This document shows positions 24,958 through 38,400 of a stretch of 64,000 bases of DNA, in pieces. The DNA is from Eledone cirrhosa (taxonomy: Eukaryota), in the NCBI GenBank assembly GCA_964016885.1, contig OZ024748.1, positions 33,170,001 to 33,234,000 of the forward strand, read 5' to 3'. The translations under genes and the position numbers were made by a program. The notes below the pieces were generated by a model. The model did no database searches and had not been told where the DNA came from. It saw only the letters and a list, made by a program, of their open reading frames with translations. Positions within the stretch are counted from its first letter, which is position 1, and each line of letters starts with the position of its first letter.

Positions 24958-26463
24958 TTAATATTTGTTTGATGGTACTTTCATCACAGTTAATATTATG
25001 ACTTTGTTTAGAAATAATTCATATTTAAAAATACTTTAAATATGTGGAGTTGATGTTGCAATGGGTGCCTCTGGTTATTCTCCGTGGTAACACCTTTGCC
25101 ATTTTGTCTGTAGGAATATAAACAGTTTTGTAACATTAATAATGTTATTTATACAAATCTGAATAAATTGCTAGCCTATTGATTGAACATGTGAATTGGC
25201 GTAACGGAAGTTGTTTCTGAATGTATTAAATTATGTAGGCGACTTTTAAGTTATGTCACCGCTGTCAACTAGACAGTGAAAAGTTATCTACAATGGCTCC
25301 ATCGTTACAACTTATATCCACATTTATGTTTAACAAAATACTTTACATTTCCATTTTTTTAATATTTTATTACCTTTAATAATGTGTTTTGTTTTAATAT
25401 GAACAGCTATGTAAAATTAATAATGTTATTTATACAAATCTGAATAAAAAACTAACATATTGATTGAACGTGTGAAGTAATATAACTGAAGTTGTTTCTG
25501 AATGTATTAAATTATGTAGGGGACTTTTAAGTCATGTCACCAGTGTCAACTAGACAGTGAAAATTTACCATTTATATCAGCTCCATTGTAATAACTTAAA
25601 CCTAATCTAATTTTATCTTTTATGGTGATTTTTTTCATATTAAGGTGAACGTTAATGTTTGTAAATAACATAACGTGACTTATTTACCTTATAGTTGTTG
25701 TTTTATCACCTGTATTATTAAATATTTCATTTCATCACAAACAAGCCCCAACATCGTGAAGTGGTTGTTCAACATTTTACAGGACAGGAAAATATTATTT
25801 TAATCAGAAATCAGTGAACATTTAGTTTTTACTAACTTTTCTTGACTTTATATTTGGTCTTGAAAACTAAAGTACGTATTATTTCGTTTTCCATCACAAC
25901 ACAAACATTGTGAACTTTTCTATCTGAAGTGAAACATCTTGATTTATTATAACACTTACACACATATTTCTACACACACATCTATTTATTTCTCTCTCTC
26001 ATACGTACACACTGTATGTCTGTATATATATATGTGTATATATTAACCTTCATATTTTGAAATTATGGATATTAATCCTCTTGTCACCTGAACTGTCCTC
26101 AATAACAAGAACCTTAACTATAGAAGACTTATTCGTCTATTTTATGAGCTGAGGATTTTATTGTGATTAGAGCTTCTCTCACTTTAACAAAAATAATAGT
26201 GGAATACTCCACAAGAATCATATATAAATATATATATATACATACATATAAGCACTTGCCTTTTCTTCATCCAAGATCAGTCTTATGCTGTCATATGTCT
26301 TATTACTTGTACCAACTAAATGTTACATTACAACTTTGTAGAAGAAGAAAGCGGAGTTCTGCAGTCTTTTATGGACCCTTTGTATATTAGACTACATAGC
26401 ATCATATTAATGTATCAGTAGAAGTGGTGGGAATCCTTTATGTAAAGATCTTTGGCTAGAAAT

Positions 26464-26973
<510 letters not shown>

Positions 26974-27074
26974 ACCCCATCACTGTGAAATGTGAAACGC
27001 ACAAATATACAGACACACTCTGGAAGGAAGAATATACAATGTGAAGCTTGAAAAATCCTTATCTTATACTTATC

Positions 27075-27575
27075 ATCATCATTATCACTGTTTTACATCC
27101 ATTCTTCCATAAGGTAGACAGGTTGTCCTGTTGTGGGCAATGCCAGGTCGGGTGACCTTGTCTTGCTCATATGGGAACTGATTTTGGCTTGATTTCTACA
27201 GCTTGATGTCCTTCCTAACACAAAACCTCATTTACTGTGAGTACTAGGTGCTTTTTTTACCATGGTGTCTACACAGCCACTTTACAATGTGGGCTGGGTG
27301 ATTTTTTGTCAACCACTTTGCAGTGGGTGGGGATGGGGACATATTTGTCTATATGCTTCAGATTCGGCTTGTAGCCGTGTGAAGTCGGGTCTTCTGTATT
27401 ACGTATGATGCCAGAGGGCACCGTCCTGCGCCATCACCTTTGAGAGGTGCAATTGGGCAAGGTCAGCTTTTATCACCTCATCCCGGGTCTTCCTGGATCT
27501 CCCCACTCCATGGCATCCAGCGACCTTTAGTGCTCTGCACCTTTTAATGCAGCTGTCATCCTTCATACGCATCTA
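27075..27575 (-). mobile_element. RTE LINE 3' end
   Basis: Reverse strand has RMKDDSCIKRC...GRSRKTRDEV, 3' UTR units and a (GAT)n-like tail. Confidence 0.78.
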
Positions 27576-27810
27576 TCTTCCCCTCTATATTACTTTCTCC
27601 TTCTCTGGAAGAAATCAACTGTTCAAACCTGGAGAGTGAAGGGCTCCACCAAACTTCAAATGGCCACAGTGACACCCTATGACTACATCAGTTCAACAGA
27701 CAAAATGAAAGATTTATATGTTTATTTTATAATACCTAACTGGTTTATGTTTATATTTGTGACAAAATATCCACATTAATGTGAAAATAAAAACAATTTT
27801 ATAACTTTAA

Positions 27811-27997
27811 CCCTTTAGTATTCACAGTATTCTATATATACTATTATATTTTAATGGTAAATGCTTTATCTCACATAATATCGAATCTATGAGATTTTGA
27901 AAGTATTTATTTTGAGAACAATACCATAACATCAGTTTGAGTGACCAGTTTCAACAGAAAAAGGTAGAGAATTCTGGCCGGTTTGAATATTAAAGGG
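27811..27997. mobile_element. piggyBac-type MITE (co-duplicated copy)
   Basis: Same TTAA-flanked CCC...GGG element at the paralogous position of 24787-24957. Confidence 0.85.
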
Positions 27998-28204
27998 TTA
28001 ATATTTGTTGGATGGTACTTTCATCACAGTTAATATTATGACTTTGTTTAGAAATAATTCATATTTAAAAATACTTTAAATATGTGGAGTGGATGTTGCA
28101 GTGGGTATCTCTGGTTATTCTCCGTGGTAACACCTTTGCCATTTTTCTGTAGGGTGGGGCTGAGTTACAGCTCACACAGGAGTATAGTCTGTCCCTCTCC
28201 CATT

Positions 28205-28390
28205 AGGTGGATTGGCAGTATGAGTAGAGGGTCGGACGCCATGCTTTGCAGCATAGAGTCACGTCCCTTTACGGTCTGAGTCCAAATCCTGCCGAGATTA
28301 ACTTTGCCTTTCATCTTTACTGGGTTTAACTTGGATGAAACTGCCTTTCATCCAATTGCTGGCCTTGTGCCACAAATAGAAACAATTGTT
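28205..28390 (+). mobile_element. tRNA-derived SINE
   Basis: GGTGGATTGGCAGTATGAGTAGAGGGTCGGACG head and ACTTTGCCTTTCATC core; same family as 38219-38400. Confidence 0.75.
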
Positions 28391-29542
28391 TTAGTTGCTT
28401 CATTCGTTTTCATTTTTCGTTCTTTACATTTCTAGTTTATTACCTTTAATAATGTGTTTTGTTTTAATATAAACAGTTATGTAACATTAATAATGTTATT
28501 TATACAAATCTGAATAAATTGTTAGCGCATTGATTGAACGTGTAAATTAATATAACTGAAGTTGTTTCTGAACGTATTAAATTATGTAGGGAACTTTTAA
28601 GTCATGACACCGGTATCAACTAGACAGTGAAATATTACCATTTATATCTTCTCCATTGTTACAACTTAAACCTCATCTAATTTTATCTTTTATGGTGATT
28701 ATTTCATATTAAGGTGAACGTTAATGTTTATAAATAACATAACGTGACTTATTTACCTTATAGTTGTTGTTTTATCACCCGTATTATTAAATATTTCATT
28801 TCATCTCAAACAAGCCCCAACATCGTGAAGTGGTTGTTCAACAGGACAGGAAAATATTATTTTAATCAGAAATCAGTGAACATTTAGTTTTTACTAACTT
28901 TTCTTGACTTTATATTTGGTCTTGAAAACTAAAGTACGTATTATTTCGTTTTCCACCACAACACAAACATTGTGTACTTTTCTACCATCTGAAATGAAAT
29001 ATCTTGATTTATTACAACACTTACACACACACACGTCTATTTATTTATTTCCCTCATACGTACACACTGTATGTCTGTATATATATGTATAAATATTAAA
29101 CTGTATATATATGTATATATAATAAACTTCGTCTTTTGAAATTATGGATATTAATTCTCTTGTCACCTGAACTGTCCTCAATAACAAGAACCTTAACTAT
29201 AGAACACTTATTCGTCTGTTTTATGAGCTGAGGATTTTATTGTGAATAGGGCTTCTCTCACTTTAACAAAAATAATAGTGGAATATTCCACAAGAATCAT
29301 ATATAAATATATATAAGCACTTGACTTTTCTTCACCCAAGATCAGTCTTACGCTGTCATGTCTTATTACTTGTATCAACTAAATGCTACATTACAACTTT
29401 GTAGAAGAAGAAAGCGGAGTTCTGCAGTCTTTTATGGACACTGTATATTAGACTACATGGCATACATTAACGATATCTACATATGTTAATGTATAAGTAA
29501 CAGTGTTGAGAATCCTTTATGTAAAGATCACTAGCTAGAAAT

Positions 29543-30223
<681 letters not shown>

Positions 30224-30632
30224 TGAAATAGGAAACACACAAATATACAGAGACACTCTGGATTGAAGAAGATAAAATGTGAAGGTTGAGAGATCCTTCT
30301 CTTATACATCTCAACACACGTCTGTGTTTTTTTAAATATATATATATTACTCATTCAATCGGAAGAAATATACTGCCATATATTGAAGATTACCACAATA
30401 AGTGAGGAAAGGAGGACAAGATATGCTGGACATTGCTACTGAAGAATGTTGTGGATACCTAAACATAGTAAGACCCTAGTGGGATGACCGAGATTGACTT
30501 ACATAGATCAGATGTCTCTGGATGTCCAGCTGAAGATTAATGATCTCAGGAATGACATGGAAGATCATGACATCCAAAAGAGAAGAGTAAAATAGTTCTG
30601 GCTAATCCACCTCACCTAATTAATATTAATGA

Positions 30633-31084
30633 TCTCTATATATATAAAATTATTTGTTTCTCTGTCTGTTGCTATGCTTTCTCAAGCGCCTGGATCAAAT
30701 CAAATCAAATTTTACAAGGTATTAGGCCCCAAGAGTGTCAACATGTAATTTTTATTTTCATTTGGTGTAACGAATGTCACAAAAATAAGGCTATGTGTGT
30801 GTCTGTCTTAGTATATGTATATGAGAGTGTATGTGTGTAGCAACAATTATTCATTTGGACACCAACAAAAAATTACACAATGAATATTGTTTACCCTAAG
30901 GCGCTTCAAGATTGACAGATTTTCATTTCTAAATTCTATTATCATTACAATTTTGATATTTTTTTTATAAAATATAGATATTTTGAAATAATTAGGAGAA
31001 AATAAAAACATATCTTCATATTCATTCTTTATTAATCTGAATAAGAACAGCAGTAACCTGAGCAACGCCGGGTAATTCTGCTAG
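30633..31084 (+). mobile_element. Non-autonomous Helitron
   Basis: A|TC 5' end, CTAG|T 3' end, subterminal hairpin ACCTGAGCAACGCCGGGT, no TSD. Absent from the paralogous module near 24040. Confidence 0.8.
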
Positions 31085-32396
31085 TAATATGTATTAATAA
31101 AAATTAATTATGATGAAATATGTTAGAAATCATTCTCAGAGGTATTGTATTGTAATCCACAAATACACCCTGTAGAAAATTACACTTCATATTATTTGTC
31201 TTTAAGGTTTCTTCCAGAGACACAATCTTTTTTCATTGTTGAGGGTGGTGGATTTGCAGAATCAGTAGAGCATCAGATAACATACTTTCTGTGTTAAAAT
31301 CCTGCTGAGGTTAGCTTTACTTTTCTTCCTTCACAGCTTTAGTAAAATAAAGTACCAGTAATCCACTGGGGTTGATTTAATCAACTTTCTCCTTCCATTC
31401 CAATTGTTGGACTTGACTTAAAAGTAGAAACATTTATTTAAAGTCTATAAAACAATGGATGGAATGCTTTCTGCCATATTTGTTCTGGTTCTCTGCTCTG
31501 GGCTTAAATCCTGCTGAGGTCAACTTTGCCTTTCATCCATTCAAGGTTGATAACAAAAAAGTACCAGTCTACCACAGGGGTCTGTTCTTCCTCGCTATAT
31601 TTCTTTCTCACTTCCTCTCTCTCATTCTCTCTCCTTCTCTTGAAGAAATCACCTGTTCCAACCTGGAGAGTGAAGGGCTCCACCAAGCTTCAAATGTCCA
31701 CAGTGACACCCTATGACTCCATCAGTGCAAGAAAAACAAAACAAGATTGATGTGTTTATATTATAAAGCTTAACTGGTTTATGTTTATATTTATGACAAA
31801 ATATCCACATTTATGTGTAAATAAAAACAATTTTATAACTTTAATATTTGTTGGATGGTACTTTCATGACAGTTCAAATTATGACTTGTTTTTAGAAATA
31901 ATTCACATTTGAAAATACTTCATAATTTTCTTCTCTTGCCAAACAAAGGTTTGGTAGGACCCTTCAGTTCTGTCAAAGACATGATAACCTCTTTAGTACT
32001 GGTGCCACAATGAAATACAGTCAGTAGAATGTGGGGCCATATGTAAGAGAGATGTCTCCCACTGCACCCTGGTTTGTAAGACCTGTCCCACCCTTGCTAG
32101 CAGGGAAAGTAGACATTAAATCATGATCTATGATGTCATTGGTGCCAAGCTGTTTCAGCTATTCCCTTGGACAACATTATATATATTGTGTATGTAGTAT
32201 ATATATAGTTTATATATTGCCTATATGTAGCATATACTCTATATATGCAGTGTATATATTGTTTATATGTAACACATATACTATATACATAGTATTTATA
32301 TGTATATATATATAGTGTATATATTGTGTATATGTAGCACATATACTATATGCATATTATTTATATATATATATATATATAGTGTATATTTTGTGT

Positions 32397-33020
32397 ATCA
32401 TCATCATTAAATCTACTATTCCATGCTTGCATGGGTTGGGCGGGTCCTTCTTAGCATGGCATCTCTCCACTAGATGCATTCCTTCGTCATCTCCTCTCCC
32501 AGTCTTCATGATTTGAGTTAAGCTCTCACAATATTTTCCCCTGACTTTCTTGGTCATCCTCTACTGCAGCTTCCTGCCACTAGGATTTTCTCAGCTAGTC
32601 CAAGCTCTGCGTTTCTCTCACATATACGTTGCAGATCCAACAAATCATGGTTGGTTCATTTTTCTCCAGTCTAATCGCATCATCTGCAGTCGCAGCCCAT
32701 GTTTCTCTACCATGCAGTATTGTGCACTTCACACAGGCTTTATATACCCTTCCTTTTGTGTGTAGGGAGAAACCTTATGTTATCAGCAGTAATAGTTCAC
32801 TAAACTTCCATCCTATCCTTATTCAAGTCACTCTACTCTGGTGCTGATTAGGTCACCTAGATAGCAGAAGCTATCAACCACATCTATAGATCCTTCCTTA
32901 GACTGGAAACGGTTTATAACAGTAGCACTCTTCCTCTTAATTTCTGCTGTGCCTCGTCTATATGCGAAAATCTCTCTTCCAGTTAGACTACTCACTTTCC
33001 CATTACATCTTTTGTGTACT
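32397..33020 (-). mobile_element. RTE LINE 3' fragment with internal deletions
   Basis: VHKRCNG...SIDVVDSFCYLGDLIS... and a (GAT)n tail next to (TA)n. Confidence 0.78.
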
Positions 33021-33199
33021 ATATATATATATATATACCGTATATACATATATATATATGTGTGTAGTGAAATATGTCCACAGTTTCACCCCTGGGTCAC
33101 ATTTAACAGTCATTTTCTGGGTTATCTCCTTTTGGGTGACCTCAAAAGGTCAGCCCTTATTTTTCAACCCTTGGAGACAGAGGACGTGACATAGATAAA

Positions 33200-33388
33200 T
33201 AACTGTTTCTACTTTAGGCACAAGGCCAGCAATTACCCAGTGCATTACTGGTACTTTTATTTTATCGACCCCGTAAGGATGAAAAGCAAAGTCAACCTCG
33301 GCGGGATTTGAACTCAGATCGTAAAGGGCCGTAACTATGCTGGAAAGCATGGCGTCCGACTCTCTACCGATACTGCCAATCCACCGCC
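33200..33388 (-). mobile_element. tRNA-derived SINE, near complete
   Basis: Reverse complement: GGCGGTGGATTGGCAGTATCGGTAGAG...GAGTTCAAATCCCGCCGAGG...TTTCATCCTTACGGGGTCGATAAA...; at least 10 related copies in the window. Confidence 0.85.
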
Positions 33389-33699
33389 ATCAGCTTTGTT
33401 AGGAATGTGATGGAGTCACGCATCTTACGCACTGTCAAGATATTGTCTACGATTTATTATATTTCATTAGATAAATAACCTGCCTTGATCAGGCCAAGCA
33501 GTTTGGAGCATTTCTTGATAAAGTAAACATGTAAACTATTGCTTTCCACAGACCCCGTTGGTCTCAGTAGCTCTTACTTCTCTCTTGGTCTCTCTCTCTC
33601 AACCCAGCCAGTGAAGTTCATGAAGTTTTCTTGATAAAGTGGATTTTAACTCTACTTTGAAAGAAACAAGTAATAAACTGTATATATATATATAAGTAA

Positions 33700-34113
33700 A
33701 GACCTTCCTTCCCTACGTACAAAGCTAACCTACACTCAGTAGGAACCTCTTAACCAAATATACACACTACCCCTACTCCATTCTCCCACTCCCACCAACA
33801 CCACCCTTTCTCTGTAAAGCTATGTTGGTACCAGAACATCCCATCCAAACTAAAGTGGTCATGCAGGTGTCATGACAAAAATACACCCAGTCCACACTGT
33901 AAAGTGGTCATGTAGGATACATGGTAAAAAGGTTCCCAGTCCAGACTGTAAATGTAGTTGGTGTAAGGAAGGGCATCCAGCCATAGGAAACCTGCCAGAT
34001 ACAGTCCTATATGAGCGAGACACGGTCATCCAATCAATTTTGCCACAAGTGGGACAATACCCGTCTAACCCTTCCTAGCATGGAAGATAGACGTTAAACG
34101 ATGATGATGATGA
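33700..34113 (+). mobile_element. RTE 3' UTR and tail with two tandem ~49-bp units
   Basis: Collinear with 37760-38118 and ends in ACGTTAAACGATGATGATGATGAT. Confidence 0.85.
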
Positions 34114-34899
34114 TATATATATATATATATATATAGATATGCATATGTATTCACACACACATATTTATAAATGTGTATACAAATGCATATATATAGGGAA
34201 GTCATACATCCTATTACGTGTTCAATTCTTAGCTAGGGAGGTACATTGTGTCCTTAAGCAAAACACATCATTCCACATGTCTCTAATCTCCACAGCTGAA
34301 AAAGACAAGTAGCAGAATTAGTTGGAGGTTTAGCATGGGTTGGATCATTCTCTGCCTCCAACATTTTCACTGCAGCCACAAACTCTGGCTTCACTACCTG
34401 CTATAGAGAAGAGGAAGATAGTAAAAGACTGGGGCCTGACTCACCACTTCCTCTTTGTCCCCACACTGCTGATTTCTTTTTCAAAATTAGAAAGACAGCA
34501 GCCCACTTGAGGAAGGAGTCCCATGAGGTGGGGTGGATGTTGTAGTGGGTGTCTCTGGCTATTCTCTGTGGTAACACCTTTGGCATTTTGAAGGGTAGGA
34601 CACAGCTCAGACTGGAATTTAACCTCCATCCCTCTCCCATTATTTTCGTTGCTTGATTCGTTTTTTATTTCCATTACGTAAATATTTTAAACCTTTAATA
34701 ATGTGTTTTGTTTTAATATGAACAGTTATGTAAAATTAATGTTATTTATACAAATCGGAATAAAGACGACCAATCTTGCCTCAAGTGGGACAATTCTTGT
34801 CTAAACCCATGCTAGCGTGGAAGATAGACGTTAAACGATGATGATGATGATGATGATGATATATATATATATATATATATTCAAGGGAGTAGGTGGAGG

Positions 34900-37800
34900 G
34901 GTGTGTGAGTATAAACAATGCTATAAACTTTTTTGGGTGGGAAATGACAAAGGGCTGGGTGGAGTAGGAATTATGTTAGCAGAGAAATGGTTAGATAAGG
35001 TAATTGCCGTAAATAGAGTGAACGACAGAATAATTAAAATAAGACTAGTTCTACATAGAACAACTATGACAATAATATCCGCTTATGCACCCCAATCTGG
35101 TCTACCTGACATTATAAAAGACAGGTTCTATGAGTCGCTAATGTTCACTTCCTCCCAAATAAACCACAGTGACTACATAATTATTGCTGGTGACCTAAAT
35201 GGTCATGCTGGACAACATAGTTATGGCTATGATGGAATCCATGGAGGCTATGGGTTTCATGCTAGAAATGAGGAAGGCTTCAGCATCCTGGAATTTTGAA
35301 ACACTAATAACCTAACTATCTGTAACACAAACTTCAAAAAATGAGACAATCACTTGATCACCTATAGATCAGGGGAACACGCCAGCCAGATAGATTATAT
35401 CCTTACTAGAAGACATGACAGAATGTCTGTTGTAAACACTAAGTCCCTCCCCTGTGAAGAATTCACCTCCCAACATAGCCTAGTAGTTAGTGACCTCATA
35501 GTCAGGTCTAGACGTACTTGACAACAGAGGAGAACTACTTTGAAGAGAAGGATATGGAAGTTGAAGGACCAGCCAGTAACAAATTTTGAAGGACAGCCAG
35601 TAACAAATTTAAAAGCATATTAGTTAATGCTTTTGACAATAAAGAGGTGCAATTAGAGATGACAATATAGAGGAATAGTGGGAATTTCTGAAAGTTAACC
35701 TGCTGAAGGCGACAGATGAAATCTGTGGCTGGAGCAGACCTATTGGCAGGAGGAGAGTAGCTTGAACAGTAAGGTGGAGGAGACAATCAAGGCCAAAAAG
35801 CAGGCTTGGAAAGTGTGGGGAAGTAGAGAACACTATCAAGTGGCCAGGAGAGAAGCTAGGAGACAGTGTACTTTGCAAGAAGAGAAGCAGAGGATAGAAA
35901 GTTCAAGCATGTTCTACAACGTGAGGGCCAAAAACGTAAAGTGTTCAGGATCGCAAAATAAAGTGTCAAGGAAAACCGTGATATTGTCGGGGAGAAGTGT
36001 GTCCATAATGATGATGGTGTACTTGCCCCTACTGATACTGATAAGAAGGTAGCTTGGAAGTGTCACTACGAGAGACTACTAAATGAGGAGAATAAATGGG
36101 GAAAAGATAGTCTGCCCTAAATCGATCCAATAGAGGGACCATCGGTGCAAGTTAATGATAGTATAATAAGTAAGGCAATCAAAGATATGAAGACAGGCAA
36201 GGCAGCTGGGCCTTCAGAGATAGTTGCTGAGATGTTGAAGGCATCTGGAATGGTGGGACATACTATGGTCACCCGGATAGTAAACCAAGTAATACAGAAT
36301 GGGGTCATACCAAAGGACTGGCGTAGCAGCATCATCATTAACTGCTACAAGAGTATAGGAGAGCTCTAGCTAGGGGGAACTATAGAGGCATTAAGTTAGT
36401 TGACCGGGTCATGAAGGTCACAGAAGAGTTATAGCACAGCTAGTCAGAGACTCAATTGATCTAGATGAAATGCAGTTTTGGTTTGTGTCAGGTAAAAGTA
36501 CTACAGATGCTTTTTTCCTTGTACGACAACTACAGGAGAAGTACCTAGCTAAAAGTAAACCCCTCTACTTAGCTTTCATTAACTTGGAGAAAGCCTTTGA
36601 CAGAGTCCCCTGCTCCATTATCTGGTGGGCCCTTAGAAAAGTAGGAGTAGATGAATGGCTTGTGAGAGCTATTCAAGCCATGTATAAAGAAACAGTCAGC
36701 AAGGTTAGAATTAACAATGAATATAATGAAGAATTTAGCGTAAAAGTCGGTGTTCATCAGGGCTATGTCCTTCGACCCCTCCTATTTATTATTGCCCTTC
36801 AGGCTATAACAGAGGAGTTCAAGACCAGCTGCCTATGGGAACTTCTATATGCAGATGATCTATCTCTCATAGCTGAATGTATGGCTAAACTAGAGAAGAA
36901 ATTCCTAACATGGAAGCATGGCCTAGAATCAAAAGGCCTTAAACTTAACTTGTCTAAGACTAAAGGTCTAGTATGCAGAAAAGAAAATAGGGCATTGGTG
37001 CCATGCTCAGTGCGTAGGAAAGGAGTAGGTAGAAATTCCATTGTATGTCCCAAATGCAAATTATGGGTACATAAAAGATGTAGTGGGATCACAGCAAGCT
37101 ATCTAAGAATGTAGATTTTATATGTGGCCGATGCTCATGGGAAATATGCAGCAAGTACCCACAGGATACTAGCACCTTCTACTGCCCAGATGGTTCTGTA
37201 GAAATAGTGGACACTTTCTGTTGCCTGGGTGACAAAATCAGCAGTGGTGGAGGGTGCTCTGAAAGTGTAGTAGCCAGAGTTAGAACAGGATGGAAAAAGC
37301 TCAGAGAGCTAATACCGCTGCTAGATACAAAAAGTTTCTCTCTAAAAATGAAAGGCAGATTGTATGATGCGTGCATACGAACATCAATGTTACATGGCAG
37401 TGAGACATGGGCATTGTGTGCAGAGGACCTGCGCAGATTGGGAAGGAATGAAGCATGCATGCTCCGTTGGACGTGTAATTGTAATATATGTGAACGGTAA
37501 AACAAACAAAGTGAGAATTAAGAATTAAAGGGATCAGATGCTGTTTACTTGAGAGAAGATTACGTTGGTATGGTCATGTGATGCGCATGAAAGATGACAG
37601 CTTTATAAAAAAGTGCAGTGTGATCAAAATTGATGGAAGTTATGGAGTAGGTAGACCCAGAAAAACCTGGGACGACATAAAATCCAACCTTGCACACTTA
37701 CACCTCTCTAAGACAGTCTCACTGGATCGAGATCTATGGTTCCACACAGTAACAGAGAAGACCTGCCGTCCCTATGTGCAAAGTTAACCTACAGTCAGTA

Positions 37801-38118
37801 GGCCCCTCCTAACCAAATATACACCCAACCCACACACCCTACTCTATCCTTCCACTCCCACCAACACCACCCAGTCTCTCTAAAGTTATGTTAGTCCAAA
37901 CTAAAGAGGTTGTGTAGGTGTCATGACGAAAAGGCTCCCAGTCCACACTGGAAATGTGGTTGATGTTAGGAAGGGCATCCAGTTGTAGAAAACCTGCCAG
38001 ATACAGTCCTATATGAGCGAGACAGGGTCACCCGATCAATCTTGCCTCAAGTGGGACAATTCCCGTCTAACCCATGCTAGGGTGGAAGATAGATGTTAAA
38101 TGATAATGATGATGATGA
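34900..38118 (+). mobile_element. Near full-length, decayed RTE-clade LINE (APE endonuclease, reverse transcriptase, PHD-like finger)
   Basis: APE motifs GVGIML, ISAYAPQ, GDLNGH, SQIDYIL; RT motifs AFINLEKAFDRV, GVHQGYVLRPLLF, LLYADDL; C-terminal LHGSETW. Many stops and frameshifts; (GAT)n tail. Confidence 0.93.
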
Positions 38119-38218
38119 TATATAGTGTATATGATAGTTGTAATATCACTGGTGCCGATCTATATCAGCCTTTCCCTTGGACAACATGATATATAGTCTA
38201 TATATATTGGACAGTATT

Positions 38219-38400
38219 GTGGATTGGCAGTATCGGTAGAGGGTCGGACGCCATGCTTTCCAGCATAGTTACGTCCCTTTACCATCTGAGTTCAAATCCC
38301 GCCGAGGTTGACTTTGCCTTTCATCCTTACGGGGTCGATAAAATAAAGTACCAGTAATGCACTGGTAATTGCTGGCCTTGTGCCTAAAGTAGAAACAATT
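38219..38400 (+). mobile_element. tRNA-derived SINE
   Basis: Near-identical to 33200-33388 and 42460-42644. Absent from the inverted paralogue near 62700. Confidence 0.85.

Larger units (their letters stand above)
22575..25020 (+). repeat. Copy of the ZF flanking module lacking the ZF gene
   Basis: 22575-23590 matches the sequence upstream of the ZF genes (38120-39100; minus 49850-50400). 23805-25020 matches the sequence downstream of ZF3 (30350-31920). No fingers lie between them. Confidence 0.75.

Noticed and set aside
33200-33388. tRNA genes at SINE heads
   Set aside because: A/B-box-like motifs are present but there is no complete cloverleaf, and each head is fused to a shared SINE body in many decayed copies.
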